A stretch of 64,000 nucleotides of DNA from Azolla caroliniana (Eukaryota; Plantae; Polypodiophyta), in assembly GCA_043228905.1 (NCBI GenBank), contig JBHGNT010000005.1, forward strand, positions 9,114,001 through 9,178,000, given 5' to 3'. Position 1 is the stretch's first letter, and each line of letters begins with the position of its first letter. The translations under genes and the position numbers were made by a program. Positions 10,681-25,232 of the stretch are shown here, in pieces. The notes below the pieces were generated by a model that saw only the letters and a list, made by a program, of their open reading frames with translations, ran no database searches and was not told the origin of the DNA.

Positions 10681-11364
10681 TATTAGATTCAATAAAAAAT
10701 GAAGAAATAGAAGAAAATAGCAAAATAAATGGAACATGCATAGGGCAAGATTCGAACCTTGCACCTCCATGTTAATAATGTAATGTCTTACCATTACACT
10801 AGCATTTCATTAGTGTTAAAGCATAGATGTCCCACGTAGAAAGGTAAATTCACGCTAGGATAAACATTAGAAAAACGCATAACAAAAGAAAAAGCTACAC
10901 ATACACATCTAGCATGCATGATAAAAAACGCACAAGTTAGAAAAAGCATGATCACTTTAGATAAAGCATATAGTCTATCTATAGGAAAAGCATGGGGTCT
11001 ATAGTTAGAGAAAAAGCATGGATTACTAAGACTTCCTCATCACTACATAAGGATGGGAAGCACAATGTAATTGTGTGAAAAATATTTGGAAACTGGATAT
11101 GTTTCTAAAAAACACCAATTAATAAACTATACTCGTGGGATTCACGAGAATTCTATATCATTCTCTTTCAACCGAAGTTTATATTCTTATATTCATATTG
11201 ATTAATCTAATACAATACACTCGTGGGATTCACGAGTTTGCTATAACTCTTTCTTACAACATATTTATATTCTTATTAGCCTTAAAACTCTCCTCTTCCT
11301 AGTCCAAAACCTCAGTGGTTCCCACCCGACTCACGCAAACGATCCGGAGCCGAAAGGCACGACA
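10639..11364 (+). repeat. F 3' LTR
   Basis: Direct repeat of 7892-8617. Confidence 0.95.
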
Positions 11365-11743
11365 ACGGTTCATGCGGGAGGCGTGAACGGCTAAAAGACC
11401 CTGCGTATATTAAGGGCAGAAAATCTCTGATAGAGGGAGCGTGTAATTTTGAATGTAAGAGGCGTATCGTAATAGAATTCTATCTTCTCTGATATCTGTG
11501 TGTAGCTACGACTAATCTACTGTGTGTCTGTAACACCTGAGAGCGTAGGAGTAAGTAACGGTGTGTGTGTTAGCCCACTGTTAAAGGAGCTCGGTTGTAG
11601 CCGTCTTCCTTATACGCTACGAGGTTACAGGGAATATCCCACTAAGTATTACGCATAGACGCTACCATTCGTTGTCACACAATCACTTGGAGGTCTAGGT
11701 CGAAGGACTGACTCTAGATCGTGCTCCTAGTCGGTAACACTTT

Positions 11744-11757
11744 TGGCACGCATGGTG
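11744..11757 (+). promoter_or_regulatory. E PBS (tRNA-Arg-like)
   Basis: TGGCACGCATGGTG, 4 nt after the LTR end ...GGTAACA. Confidence 0.65.
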
Positions 11758-12886
11758 ATCTGTGTCTTCTCACAAACGAACAACGACGAATGGATGTTTA
11801 GCCGCAGACGCCCCAGAGAACCAACACGACCAGACCGGACAATCATAAGGTCCATCACACGCTAGGCAGAGGAATGCGCACGACAGAAGCCTCGCCTCAG
11901 CGACCTCAACACAACCTATCGTGATCACAAAGGTGATTTCCTGCTCTCCAAATACCTCGATGATATGCGGGGAGCACGCTCACCACAACAGCACGGTGGT
12001 CTTCCCCGGTCCTCCGTAACCCCCAGCATGGTCTTTGCCTATCCCCGCTTTAACGGCGAAACCGACGCCGCAACTCACATTCGCATGTTCCCCAATGTCT
12101 GGAATGCAAACCACATGGCGTAGAGCCTTTCTGAGGTGGTAGTGCACCAGTCCAAAATGACGGAGTTCGGGTTAACATTGGATGGGCGAGCGGCGTTTTG
12201 GCATTCACATATGGATCTGCCAGCAATCATGACCTTCGACCAACTGTAGTCCGCCTTTTTGCGTTTTTTCCATCCTCGGACAGTTCTACACAATTAAGCA
12301 GCTGGCGACTGAGACGATCGAAGACTTCAGCTTACGTTTCCAAAATTTACGGCGGAAACTAGAACGGGGCCCCGCGGAGGACAAGGCTCGGGAGACCTTT
12401 CTGGCGGCATTACGCCGAGCCATATGGACAACGCTCAACAACAATACCGTGAAAGGGGAGACGACGGATATGGTCATCGAACGAGCGTTATAGCTCGAGC
12501 TGGACGACGAAGAGGGAAGGTTTTCTATGTCGTCATTATGACAAGCGTTACCTCAAGACGAGGAACGACAGTTTCATCAAGCAATCCAGTGGACGATTTG
12601 CTTGAACTCGGGGCGTTCCGCAGTGGAGTGCAACATGCGAATCCACTGCCCAATCTGTCACTTGAAGGCTCACACAGTCGAACAATGCGAATACAATATG
12701 CTGAACAGAGCCGCTCCCACAGTACGCAACATGGACACACAACGTTCCCCACGCCATCCTGAACAAAGGAGGCAAGAGGACCAACCACGGTATATGGATC
12801 GCAACCCACGTGATGACCGGCACTATCGGAATCACCGGAATCACAACGATTCTGAGGAAGACGAGCTAGAGGATGAGGACTATCGT

Positions 12887-13341
12887 TGTTACGGGCATGA
12901 CCATTTAATATTCCGTGGTGAGAATTTACCGTAGTATTCTATACACGTGGATAAGTATGAGGGTTAAACGAGAGTGTAAAGAAGGGGAGGATTACTTTTA
13001 ATCCTCGGGATTGAGACAACCCATTAGGTCAAGTGTGAACTTGCATGGGGGCCTTGGGTATCGCTATAAATAAGAGGCCTAGCTACCCTCATTTGATCAT
13101 CTTTTGACTACATCGAGACTCTGCTCTTGTGGTGGGTCAACTCTTGTAGTGAGCGCGTCAACACCAGGTACGACTCGACGCCACGACGGTGGTATGGGAC
13201 GCCGATCGAGGCTCGAGTCCGTCTCGATCCCTTCGCTCGGGGGTGGTCGGGTGGATCGACACCCTTCTTTCTCTTTCTCCTTTCTATCTATCATTAGTTT
13301 ATCCTTATCTTAGGCTTACTTTAGTACCTAGATCTCTAATA
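12887..13341. mobile_element. Solo LTR G of an unrelated family
   Basis: TGTTA...TAATA (probably CA>TA), 5-bp TSD ATCGT (12882-86 and 13342-46). The E gag frame resumes after it. Confidence 0.8.
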
Positions 13342-14343
13342 ATCGTGGTCCCCCTCGATATGCTAAAGGGGGCCGACGCTATGAGAATCACCGGCCGACA
13401 AACAAACGTGGCGGCTTCAATGGATCTCGTGGAAAGCAGTGACAATATCGGGACCACTGGTGATATGATGAAAGCACGGTGTCGAGAAATTACGCAAGTG
13501 CGTGTGGAAACGAGGCGGGACCGCAGGGGTCTCGAACCAAAGAGCAAGCGAGGGGGGGGAGAAAGAGAGAGAACCGGCTACGCAGGACCGGGGATACACA
13601 GGGACACGGCCCTTCAGCACGGAGAACGCGAACAGACACCGACACAGACAGATGCGAATGACTGAATATGTATATCAACAAAAATGGCTAACACGACTAC
13701 AACCCTCGATGGGCACAGGTTGGCTACAGCCGAACAGGCCGGCGAACAGATGCCAATGCTTGTTCGCTTCGACGCACAAAGGGGTAGCAGGTCGGAGGTG
13801 CTGCCGGAAGCACTCGGGCGTTCCTCGAAACAGCGCGGGCCTCCCCGGAACCCTGCACAGAAAAGCTATGGAGCTCAAGAAGGAAGGAAACAGAGAGAGA
13901 AGCGTCCAGAAACGGTCCGACAGCACTTCGTCCTCTCTGCGCGAGATGTCTTTCAACAGCTCTTTCCTGCTCCTTATATATCGACGAGCAGGCCCTCCTG
14001 TCAGCTTTATTCCCTGTCCCTTTCGAACAGGGATCCGCTCCGTTCTTCGCGCATCCGCGTAGTTACGCCGCCGACTCGTATAGTTCCTTAGCTCGCGCGC
14101 GCCACCGAAAAGACTGTTTGCGCGGTCTTTGTCTCCACTCGTGTTAGGGCCCGTTCCTGCCGATTATCCTCCTAACTCGCTTCTATGTACAACTTGGAGC
14201 GTGCGCGCGCGAAGAACCGGTTCCCACGCCTTGGTGCGCCGATTCCGCCTAGGGACGGTTTTCTTCACGACATCCGCCCCCACCTAACCGCGCATCCTCC
14301 GGTATGCGCCAAGAGAGTTGGGACGGAGAAAACCGGCCCGTCT

Positions 14344-17300
14344 TCATTCCTCGCCCGTCGGTTCTTCCTCGTTTTCGGATCGTTCGTCACTGCCGACTAG
14401 GAGAGCCGGGTCCGGCTCGTCGTCGTGTCGCTTCTTGAACGCTTTGATCCGCTTCCCTGCAACCGGTATCGCCATTCTCGTGCCGTCTAGTTCCGCCAGG
14501 TGATATGTCCCGTTGTCATTGGCGCTCCGTACCACGTAAGGCCCGAACCACCTTCGTGCGAACTTCCGTGTAGCTCGGTGCTGGTTGTCGAGGCTGCTGT
14601 CGTAGACGAGCACCCAGTCACCTTCTTCGATTTTCTTCGGTCGGAGCCGGTGCGTTCGGTCGAACCTGGCTTTGTTCTTTGTCCTCGTCACCCGGAGCTT
14701 CTTCGCAGCCAGTTCCACGTCCTCCGGTCTCCGCTCGAGCTGTCGCATACGCGCGGCCAACAACTCCTCCCGGCTCATCTCGTCCCTCCAGTCGACCGTT
14801 GCCCACGAGGAGATCGTCCGTTCCATCGGCATGATCGGCTTCTGGCCGAACATGAGCTCCGTCGGCATGTACCCGGTTACCGAACTGTGCGTGGTCCGGT
14901 CTGCCCACAAAGCATAAGGTAGCAGCCGCGGTCAGTTACCGACTTGGCCCCCGCATGCTCGAACCAGCGCCTTGACGATCGGTCCGTGTCCGCGCTCCAC
15001 CTTTCCATTCGCCTCCGGATTGTACGCAGTGGTGAGCGAGAGCTTGACTCCCAGCCGGTCGAACAGCTCCGCGGCTTCTTCGGCGTCCAACTCCCCTCGG
15101 TCAGCCACGATCTTCCCGACGCACCCGTACCGGCATATCACGTCCTCGATTAGGAACCGACATACGGCCGCGGTCGTTTTGTTCGAAAGGGCCCGACCTT
15201 CCACCTGGTTCGTCAGATCCTCCCGCGCTAGGACCAGGTACCGCATCTGTCCTACGCCCATTGGCATCGTCACCAAATCTACCATCCATTTGAAGTGGAT
15301 GGTCGGAGGGTACGTAGGGTGAAGCTCGTCCCGGTGTCGGACCACGGAGTGCATCTGACAGCTCTCGCAAGTTGTCACTAATCGATGCACGTCCCGGTAC
15401 AGTCCCGGCCACCAGTACTTCTCCTTTATCTTCTCGAACGTGGCCCAAGTTCCACGGTGTCCGGCCCAAGGGCTGTCGTGGTAGGCCGTCAGCAGCTCCT
15501 CCTGTTCCTCCTTCATCGCCACCACCCGGAGCGGAGCGCCGTCCCTCTTCTTCGGGTGCTTCCATAGATAGCCATCCCGGAGAAAGAACCGGTACGCTTT
15601 CTTCCGGATCCGGTTGGCCTCGTCTTTCGTCCATGACGCATCCGGCGCCATTGTCCTCAAGAACCCGCCGATCTGCAGCCACTCCCCATCGTACTTGCTC
15701 GCGTCGAAGTCGTTAAGCGCCGGAGTGCTCGTCCCGCCGGTTGTTACGTATGCTGCCTCGAAGAAGTCCACGCCGACCTCTTCGTCCTCCGAAACCATGC
15801 TACCCTCGTCATCGAATCTCGCCCTTGAAAGCATGTCGGCCATGGCGTTGTCTTTCCCGGAAATGTGTCGTATTTCCGGGTCCAGGGACTTGATGTACGC
15901 TATCCACCTGAGCATTGCCAGGTCCGGCGTCGCGCATCCGGAAACCATACCGAGAATCGGCATGCAATCCGTCTCTATGATTACCTCTGTCCCGATCAGA
16001 TAGTCCTTGTCAGCCTTCACCGCCGAAACGATACCCCAGAGTTCGCGTTTAACCTGGGCGTATCCTCGCTGCCGCTCACTGAGGACCTTCGCGCCGAATC
16101 GGATCGGAAACCGATTGCCGTCCTCGTCTTCTTGGTTGACGACCCACCCGATCCCGGTCGGACTCGTGTCAACCGTTATGTACACTGGGGTGCCCTTCCT
16201 GTAGACGGCCTTTCGGAGCGCCGGTGCTGCCGAAAGAGCCTCCTTCAGCTTCCGGACCGACTCCGTGTGCTTGTCTAGCCATTCGAATCTTCGCCCCTTC
16301 TTCAATAATCCGTACAGCGGCTCCGCGACGTGCGCGTAATGCGGGATCCATATGTGGTAGAAGGCGCATGCTCCCAAGAATCTTCGTACTTCCGTGACCG
16401 AGCTGCAATCAGGCTTCATCGCGGAGATGGCTTCTACCTTTGCCGGAGACGGTTTCCGGCCATATGGTCCACATAAATGTCCGACCACCATGATTTCCGA
16501 CTGCCCGAAGGCTGACTTCTCCCCCGAGAAGGTGAGCCTCGCATCCTCTAGCCTTTGCAGCACCTTCTCGCAGTCGTCGATGTGCGTCGCCACGAATCGC
16601 CGGCATCCGTCCGGCCCGATCGTCTCGTCCTTCTCTTCTACCGGGCATCCCTTGATCGGGATGTCGTCTAGAAACGGCATGGTGATGACCGGGATGCAGT
16701 CCCTCAGCACCTTGTTCATTGCATTCACCATGTGGGCCACCGAGTTGGTCCCTCCTTGCGGCAACGTACACATCCGCACTAGGCCGAGGGGAGTTCGCAT
16801 CGTCGTAATGTCTCTGCTCTCCACGGCTAGCTGGAACTGGTCGTACCCTGAGTATAGATCACCGACCGAGTAAATCGACCTTCCGGCGAAGGCCTCCGCG
16901 AACTCGTCTATGGTCGGTCCGATCCCTGCGTTCCGAATGGTCACTCTATTGACCGGCTGCAGGTCCTGAATGAAGCGCAACGATCCGTTTTTCTTTGGTA
17001 CAGTAAACCATCGGTTTGAATACGGGGCGCTCGACGGCTCGAGAATGCCCATATCAACTTTCTGCTTCAACAGATCCATCAGCTTCGGGATGTGAGCTCT
17101 CGGAACCGGAATTGGCTTGAGATTCCACGGTACATGCGGTACCGTGAATATCACCATCGGCTCTACGATCGTCGGGTTTACGCACCCGATTTCCTCCGGT
17201 GAGAATGCGAAGGCTTTCCCGTGCCTTCCGAGCATTCTCCGAAACCGGCCTTCCTCCACCGGCAGTAGGAACCCGCCCCCACCGATCTTCAGCTCGCGGA

Positions 17301-17832
17301 GCGTCTCGTTGGTGAAGGTGTGTCCTATGCAGGCCAGATCTCGTAAGTTGGGGTCCGATGCAACCCCTTTGATTCGGGATTCGCTGCCCTCCGGTAAGGG
17401 CGCCGCAACTGGCCTCACCTTCCGGTCCACAGTCTTGTACTTGGTGCTAACTCGGGCCGTCCGTTCCGACTCGAGCCCTCGACCGAAGTCCGCGATGACT
17501 TCGTACATTTCTTCGGAACATACCGGTATCATCCGGTCTCCGTTAAGGTCTCCTTCGACTACCTTCCCCAGCATTCCCAAGGTGTCGTCGAAGGAGACTG
17601 CCTCCACGGCTCCGTTGATTTCTTCGTCAGGGCCGAGAACTCCGCACGCTCGAAGCCTCCCCTCCGTCTTTGTTTTCTCTCGGCCGGCGATGCCGACCAT
17701 CGTACATGCTCCGCTGTCGGAGAAGCAAAATTTCCTACCTATTGCACACGGTTTTATCGTATAGATGTGGGGTTTTCCCGGAGCATCCGGACTGTCGCGG
17801 CCCCACGCCTTGGCAGTCCTCTCTAAAAATCC
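14344..17832 (-). pseudogene. pol: D1 pol (RT-RH-IN) in the -1 frame, with one TGG>TGA stop at 14932
   Basis: DLYSGYDQF, LPQG, PFLDD, VDTSPTGIG, HRGTWATF..CESC, AYNPEANGKVER, WFGPY. Confidence 0.92.
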
Positions 17833-19976
17833 TCTCGGTTTTCGGAACCGAGGGATTCGCGGTTACGTTCGTGGTTCGGCCGTACCGTCAGAAACTGGAC
17901 CGAATGGCACCCGTCTTGGCTTTTGACCCTCGCGTAGGCCGAACCATTGTCCAGCACCTTGGTCTCCATTCGCGCCGCCGTGATGTACGGCTCTCCCAGT
18001 ATGACCGGATGCGAAGACGTCTCCTGCACGAAGAAGTGCTGGTCAATCTCGACGTCGCCAATCTTGACTCGCACATTCGGACAGGCCCCGTGCAGTTCCT
18101 CGGTGGCGCGCGTTGCTGCCCTTATTTTCCACCCGTGCTTGGTGTTGATCGGCCATTTACCCTTTCTATAGAAGTCCATGGACATCAAATTGATCTCCGA
18201 TCCGTGGTCCACCAAAGCTATCACCGGTTCCTGGACATCGCCGATCTTCACCGGGGTTTCCGTGGTCGCTCGGGCCCAGTGTGGTCTCGAATAGTGGCTT
18301 TCCGCCCACTCGTCTCCCAGCGCCATGTCGTCTAGGTGCGTCGTCCGCACTTCCACCAGTCTTTCCGGTTCTGTCTCCGTTGACAGCCTCTTCCGTTTCA
18401 CCAAGTCCACGATGGAGTCGTGGAACTCCTTCTTGGCGATTCCCAGCACCTCTCGTAACAACAACTCCACCTTGCTGTCGAGGATCCGTTCCTCCAGGAC
18501 CTTTCGTAAGTCCGTGGTCCTTTCTATCTCCGTCCCCAGACGGTACCCGCCCTTCTGGGGTTTATCTTGCGTACCGGTCCCGCCGGCTTCGTCCCGTCGT
18601 GGCCCGGACCGGGTCTCGTATCGTTGTGAGGGCCCGGTCGTCCCGGGTTTCCCCACCCGCTTCTCTTCTACCAGAGCCTCGTAGTTCTGGCAAGCGGCTT
18701 CCACGAAGCCCGTCTTTTCCTCGACCGGGTCGCTCCACCCGGTCATCTCCCGTACCCGTTTCTCCGCACGGTCCGATTCCTCCCCTTTAAGCCTTGCACC
18801 GGCAAGGCCTTCCAGCATCGTCGGCCAGAATCCGGCTTTGCTTTCCCTTCGGGCCTCGCCGCCCCCGACTCGAATGCCGGCCGACGCCGAGTAGTGGACG
18901 GTTTCCGCGTGTCGGGCCGCCGCCTCTTCCATCAACCTTTTCATACCACCTCGCTCGTCGTTTCGGCTCAGGGCCCTTCGGGTGTCGCTGGCATGCACCC
19001 GTCCTTCCCACAGGTACACCACCCTGTTCCTCAGCGCCTCCGTGAAGTCGCCGCAGTCCTTCCGAACGTGGCCGACTTCATCGCACCACATGCACCTGTT
19101 TCCTGCCGCCGGCCGTCGGTCACGAGCCGGTTCGCCACCTTCCCTTCGGGCTTGCGCGATTTGGAGGTCCTTTATCGCCCTCGTCAATTCCTCCAGCGCC
19201 ACTCCTCCGGTTGAGCCTCTGACTACGCCGGTCGAAGCCGAATCGGTTTCCAACCACTCTCAGGTTTCTTCCTTTCGCACCTGTGGCGCTGGTTCGAGCT
19301 CCCTTGCTGCGACCGAGCCTGACCCGGTTGCCCCGTTATCCGCCCATTCTCGCCGTTTGTCGAAACGGCCACAGACTTTTTTGACAGCCGCCCAGTCGGT
19401 AGTGAGCCCGTCTTCGGTTTCCAGCAAGAGGCCCACTTGCTCCCGATCCCGCTCGTCGACCGACTTGACAAACAGCAAGACCCGGCTCGTGTCCAGGATG
19501 GTTCGGTCGAGCGCCGAAAGGCGCGCAAAGTTTTCCTCGAACTCCCGGAGGAGTGCCGACGCGTTTCTTCCCTTCCCCGGGGACTCCACCCATTCCATGA
19601 ACCTTCGTTTCGAAAGCCGGAGCGCGTCGTCCAGCCCGTATTTCTCTAGGAGCCGTCCTTCGAACTCCTCCCAGGTACGGCTCTCCGCCCGCACCTCGAG
19701 CACCTCCGCATGGATGCTCGGCATCGCCACTCGGGGAAATCCGGCAAGACGCCTTTCTTCCGGAATGTCCCGCATCAGCATCTCTGCACCGTAGGACGCC
19801 AAATACTTCGTGGCATCCTTCCCATCGAGCCGGCCGATCGTGCCGACGACCGCCTCAATGGCTCTGTCGAGGGCACCGGTGCCCTCGCGCGCGTTTACAA
19901 TCCGATCCACGGCCGAAGCCATGGCCTCTGCAGGATCCGACCCCCTCATCTTCTGCTCTTCTGCCGCCTCCTTCAC
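17823..19976 (-). pseudogene. gag: D1 gag-PR, with one premature stop at ~19260
   Basis: CMWCDEVGHVRKDC knuckle and LVDHGSEINLM protease. Colinear with D2 and D3. Confidence 0.9.
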
Positions 19977-22900
19977 GTCGGGTTCACCAAAGATGTCGAG
20001 AAATTACGCAAGTGCGTGTGGAAACGAGGCGGGACCGCAGGGGTCTCGAACCAAAGAGCAAGCGAGGGGGGGGGAGAAAGAGAGAGAACCGGCTACGCAG
20101 GACCGGGGATACACAGGGACACGACCCTTCAGCACGGCGAACGCGAACAGACACCGACACAGACAGATGCGAATGACTGAATATGTATATCAACAAAAAT
20201 GGCTAACACGACTACAACCCTCGATGGGCACAGGTTGGCTACAGCCGAACAGGCCGGCGAACAGATGCCGATGCTTGTTCGCTTCGACGCACAAAGGGGT
20301 AGCAGGTCGGAGGTGCTGCCGGAAGCACTCGGGCGTTCCTCGAAACAACGCGGGCCTCCCCGGAACCCTGCACAGAAAAGCTATGGAGCTCAAGAAGGAA
20401 GGAAACAGAGAGAGAAGCGTCCAGAAACGGTCCGACAACACTTCGTCCTCTCTGCGCGAGATGTCTTTCAACAGCTCTTTCCTGCTCCTTATATATCGAC
20501 GAGCAGGCCCTCCTGTCAGCTTTATTCCCTGTCCCTTTCGAACAGGGATCCGCTCCGTTCTTCGCGCATCCGCGTAGTTACGCCGCCGACTCGTATAGTT
20601 CCTTAGCTCGCGCGCGCCACCGAAAAGACTGTTCGCGCGGTCTTTGTCTCCACTCGTGTTAGGGCCCGTTCCTGCCGATTATCCTCCTAACTCGCTTCTA
20701 TGTACAACTTGGAGCGTGCGCGCGCGAAGAACCGGTTCCCACGCCTTGGTGCGCCGATTCCGCCTAGGGACGGTTTTCTTCACGACAACGGATGAAGAGC
20801 GGCACCAAGAACCACGCCGGGGACAACAACAACCACTGCGTACACTCCGACAAACGAGGCCGGACTGTGAGGAGCAAGTCGCACCGGTGGATCGGTATGC
20901 ACCACCAGGCGTCGAGAAGGGCGAATCGAGCATCCATTGTTTTGTTTGTTAGCAGCCTGGATATTATGCCACGCAATGCCCAGTATGCAAGGGCAAGGGG
21001 CCCGCCGTCAATACGATTACGACAGAAGTGCAGCAAGTCATGACACGCCAGCAAACGAAAACGGTTGATTGGGCCGCGCAAGATGAGATACGACGACAAG
21101 CCCAGACATGGGTTGAAAAAGCAAACGTGACAAATACGGAACGCATGCGGAAGGAGTCTGCGAAAACAGTGGGGCTAGTGGAGGACGAAGGACCGGCCCC
21201 AGACCCCATTTGGCAAGCACTGGCGGGCTGCAAGATAACGTTAACCATGGAGAAGCTGCTGCAACTAGTCCCACGCTTCCGCCAGACCATGGAAGAACGG
21301 GTGACGGGCATACCCGGGGTGAGCGTCGCTATGAATCTCACGGACATTAGCGATGAACCGTCGGTAGTGGATCACCACAACCCGACTATTACATTGATAT
21401 TACACGGTCAGGAAATCCCAGGATGCGTAATCGATGGTGGCTCGGGCGTTAATGTAATTAGCGTGAAAACATGCGAGCAGTTAGGTATTTCAGAATGGGA
21501 GGCTTGCCCGTTCTGGCTCCTTATGGCAGATACCCACTCAATACGACCATTGGGGTTGATACGCAAGGTCGACATTATCGTGGGAGGACATCGCTTCAAC
21601 ATCTCGATGGTAGTCCTCGCCTTGGACGCCCCAGGGGCATACCCTATGCTGCTAGGCAGATTGTGGCTTCATGCAGCGAATATCAAGCAGAGCTGGCAAC
21701 ACAAGTGTATCAGTTTCCGACACGGATGCACCAAGGTTCGTGTACCTACGAAGGAAAGGGCGACGCAATCCAAGGGTATAACACCATTATATGCGAAAGA
21801 TATAAATATGCTGGCCGGGGTGGATGATGCAGAATTAGAGGCATACCTAGATGAGCACCCTCAGATTATTCCGCTGTTCGAAATTGACGTCATCGCAACC
21901 GCGACAAAATATGCCACAACCACTACTCTCCACGACGAGACTTACGAACCAAACCCGGAGTCAATCTTGGAACTAAGCAGAGCACGCGCAACATTCAAAA
22001 GGGAAATGGAAATTTCACGACGAGTAACCGCCTCCACCCTGGAAGAAGTAAATGTGGTTACGACGTCAGAACCCCGTTTTCTCTCCATCGCAAAAGAATT
22101 AAGGCCGGACCAGAGAGACACGATGATCGAACTACTCAAGAAATATAAAGATGTGTTCGCCTGGACTCATGAGGACATGAAGGGGTTAGATCCGAAGTTC
22201 TATCAACATAAGATCAATTTAGCGACCGACGAAAAACCGGTACAGCAGCGCCGCTACCGCATGAACCCAAACTACGTGACCCGCGTAAAAGAAGAAATTG
22301 ACAAACTCCTAAAAGAAGGATTTATACGGCCAGTTAAACAAGCCACACGGTTAAGTCCGATAGTAGTCGTTCCAAAGAAAAACGGCAAAATACGGGTATG
22401 CATGGATTACCGAAAATTGAACGTTGTAACCATTATGGACGCATTCACGTTACCATTCACCGATAGCATACTGGACGCCGTCGTAGGACATGACATGTAC
22501 AGTTGTTTAGATGGTTTGGCATGCATCCCGATGACCAAGAGAAGACGGCATTTGTCATGGACTGGGGAATCTATGTGGCAGTCGTCATGATGTTGGGGTT
22601 AAAAACGGCACCGGAAACATTTCAACGGACAATCACAAAGATCTTTGGGGAATATATTCTGGCGTTCATGCAAGTTTTTTTAGACGATTTTGCGGTATAT
22701 GGAAAAAAAACCGACCATTTTACGCATTTGCAACTGTGCTTGGAACGTTGCCGCACCACACGCTTAAGCCTGAATCCCACGAAATGTGCCTTTGGCGTGA
22801 CCAACGGGACTCTCCTAGGCCATATAGTCAGCAAGGAGGGAATAGCGGTCGATCCGAACAAGATCTCCGCAATTACTCAAGCCAAAAACGCCGACAAACG

Positions 22901-25232
22901 TGAAATCACTTAGCCGGTTTTTAGGACAAATATGATGGCATAATTAGATGATACGATATTTGACGGACTTCGCCACGCCGTTACATGCTGCCGTGCATCG
23001 GACTCCCTTCCAATGGACTGCAACGGAGGACAAGGCCTATGAGGCGCTCAAGATAATGCTCACACAGGCACCCGTTGTACAACCACCAGTTTGGGCGAAG
23101 CCATTCCACGTGTTCGTAGACGCCTCAGACATAGCAATAGGAAGTGCACTAATGCAGCTCACCGAACCGAATTGGTACCGGCTAGTCTACTACGCTAGTC
23201 GCAAATTATCAACAGCGGAGCGTAACTATTCCACAATGGAGCGTGAGGCGTTAGGGATGATCTATAGTATCAATAAATTCCGGCATTATCTATTGGGGAG
23301 GAAATTCACGTTCCATGTGGATCATTCGGTATTGCTGTATTTGGTGGAGAAACAAGCATTGACGGGGAAATTGGCGCGATGAATGCTGCTGCTTCAAGAA
23401 TTCGATTTTGTAATTCAGCACCGGCTGGGTACGCAACATGTAATGGCAGATTTTTTGAGCAGACTCGATAATGGAGAAATAGTACAGAAGGATGACGACG
23501 AATTTCCGGACGCAGACATTCTGCGGGTAGTAGCACTAGCAGAAAGAATGGAAACGACCTTTCCGGACCAGTGGCTTATGGAAATGACATACTTTTTGAC
23601 TACGAGACTGCCTCCCCCACAATTACGCACGAACGAGAAGAAACGATTAGCCGTCCGGAGCCGTAACTTTTGCCTGGTAGAAGGAATTTTATATCACAAA
23701 GGTAGTGATGGCATTTGGCGACGTGGTGTACGTCAGGATGAGAAAGAAACAATCTTACGGGAGGCTCACTGCGGCACGACAGGCGGCCATTACGCGGGCG
23801 ATGTTACGGCCCAGAAAATATGGCAAGCAGGCCTATGGTGCCCAATTACACAGAAGGACGCATATGAGTATTGCAAAAAGTGCGATTTGTGTCAACAGAT
23901 GGGCCAGCCCATGGAGGGCGCAAGGATGCCTCACTAGCCCGTATTACCATTAGATCCCTTCCAAAAGTGGGAATTGGATTTTGTGGGTCCCTTCACACCG
24001 GCGGCGGCCCGTACGGGCAATAAATACATATTCGTAGCCACGAATTACTGCACCAAGTGGGTAGAAGCAAAGGCACTACGAGAGAATACGGCGGCCATCA
24101 TAGCGAGATTCCTTTATGAACACATTTGGTGTCGGTTCGGCTGTCCGATTGAGCTTATTAGTGACCAGGGGAGCCACTTTCTCAATACGTTTGTTCGAGA
24201 ACTAACACATCATTACACCGAGTCCACAAGAAAAGTACGCCATATTATCCACAGGCGAATGGGTTAGCGGAATCCACCAACAAGACATTGCAGACCATCT
24301 TAAAGAAAATCGTCAATGAAAATAGAATGGACTGGGATACCAAATTATAGAGTGCGTTATGGGCGTACAGAACCAGCTACAAAACAAGCATACAGTCAAC
24401 ACCGTTTCGACTAGCGTTTGGGCTGGAGGCCGTGATGCCGGTAGAGTTTCAGATACCCAGTTTATGGATTCAGGTATGGGACCGACTATCGGAAGCCAAG
24501 TCGGAGGAGGTACAACTCCACTAGCTACTCGAACTCGGTGAAGAATGCGTACAGAGCATGGCGGCGTTGGAGCAGGAACAACGACGACGTAAAGCGTTTG
24601 TGGATCGACATCTGAACGCACGGGAAAAGGATTTCGCGATCGGTCGAGCGGTACTGGTTTTCCAAACCTGCATGGGCCATATGCTAGGGAAGTTACGATT
24701 CCGCTGGATAGGCCCGTACTGGATAATAGGAGCGGAACAAGGCACGTTCCAACTAGGCACGCTGGCCGGGGAAGTCTTACGACAAAAGGTGAATGGGTTC
24801 CGCCTTAAACCTTACCTGGGCCCTACGCCACCTAACCCATTCACCGTTGGACAGGACAAAGCTGGAGAACCCGCGGAGTAAGTGGATGGCCCCACTTGTA
24901 TCATAATGTAAAAATAGGTTGTATGTAACCGTTACGAAAAAGAAAAGGAAAAAGAAAAGGAAAAAAAAGAGAAGATAGCGATGCTATTAAAAAAGGAATG
25001 AATGCATGCACAGACTTCTAGACCAAGAACACGCGGCACCACGATGGCTCACCGCCCAATGAACCCTAGGCCACAAAAAGAAGGAAATAGAAGGTCTTCT
25101 GCACAAAATAGAAATCCACCTCCTAACCCTCAGCGCTCTCATCGCTCCCCTCCCTCACCTTCTCCTCCATCCTATCATAGAGCTCAAGCCTACCGCCACC
25201 ACCAATCTTCTCCCCACGAGCCTACTTTGACT

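Larger units (their letters stand above)
7892..11364 (+). mobile_element. Young non-autonomous gag-only LTR element F (TR-GAG-like)
   Basis: 726-bp LTRs at 7892-8617 and 10639-11364 with no difference seen by eye, TSD ACGG, Trp PBS, PPT GGAGGGGGTGAG. Confidence 0.95.
13480..20787 (-). mobile_element. Near-intact Ty3/gypsy element D1 (tRNA-Trp PBS)
   Basis: LTRs 13480-14272 and 19994-20787 nearly identical, TSD ACGG, PBS 19972-19989, PPT 14273-14284. Confidence 0.95.
11790..24881 (+). pseudogene. E gag-pol, interrupted by G and D1
   Basis: CCHC knuckles, IDGGSGVNVI (PR), DYRKLN/FLDDF (RT), VDASDIAIG (RH), HCG..GGH and DFVGP...FRWIGPY (IN). Many stops. Confidence 0.88.

Noticed and set aside
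14500-19794. Many long antisense ORFs over D1 (also D2 and D3)
   Set aside because: They are shadow frames of GC-rich coding sequence, and their recurrence only reflects paralogy.
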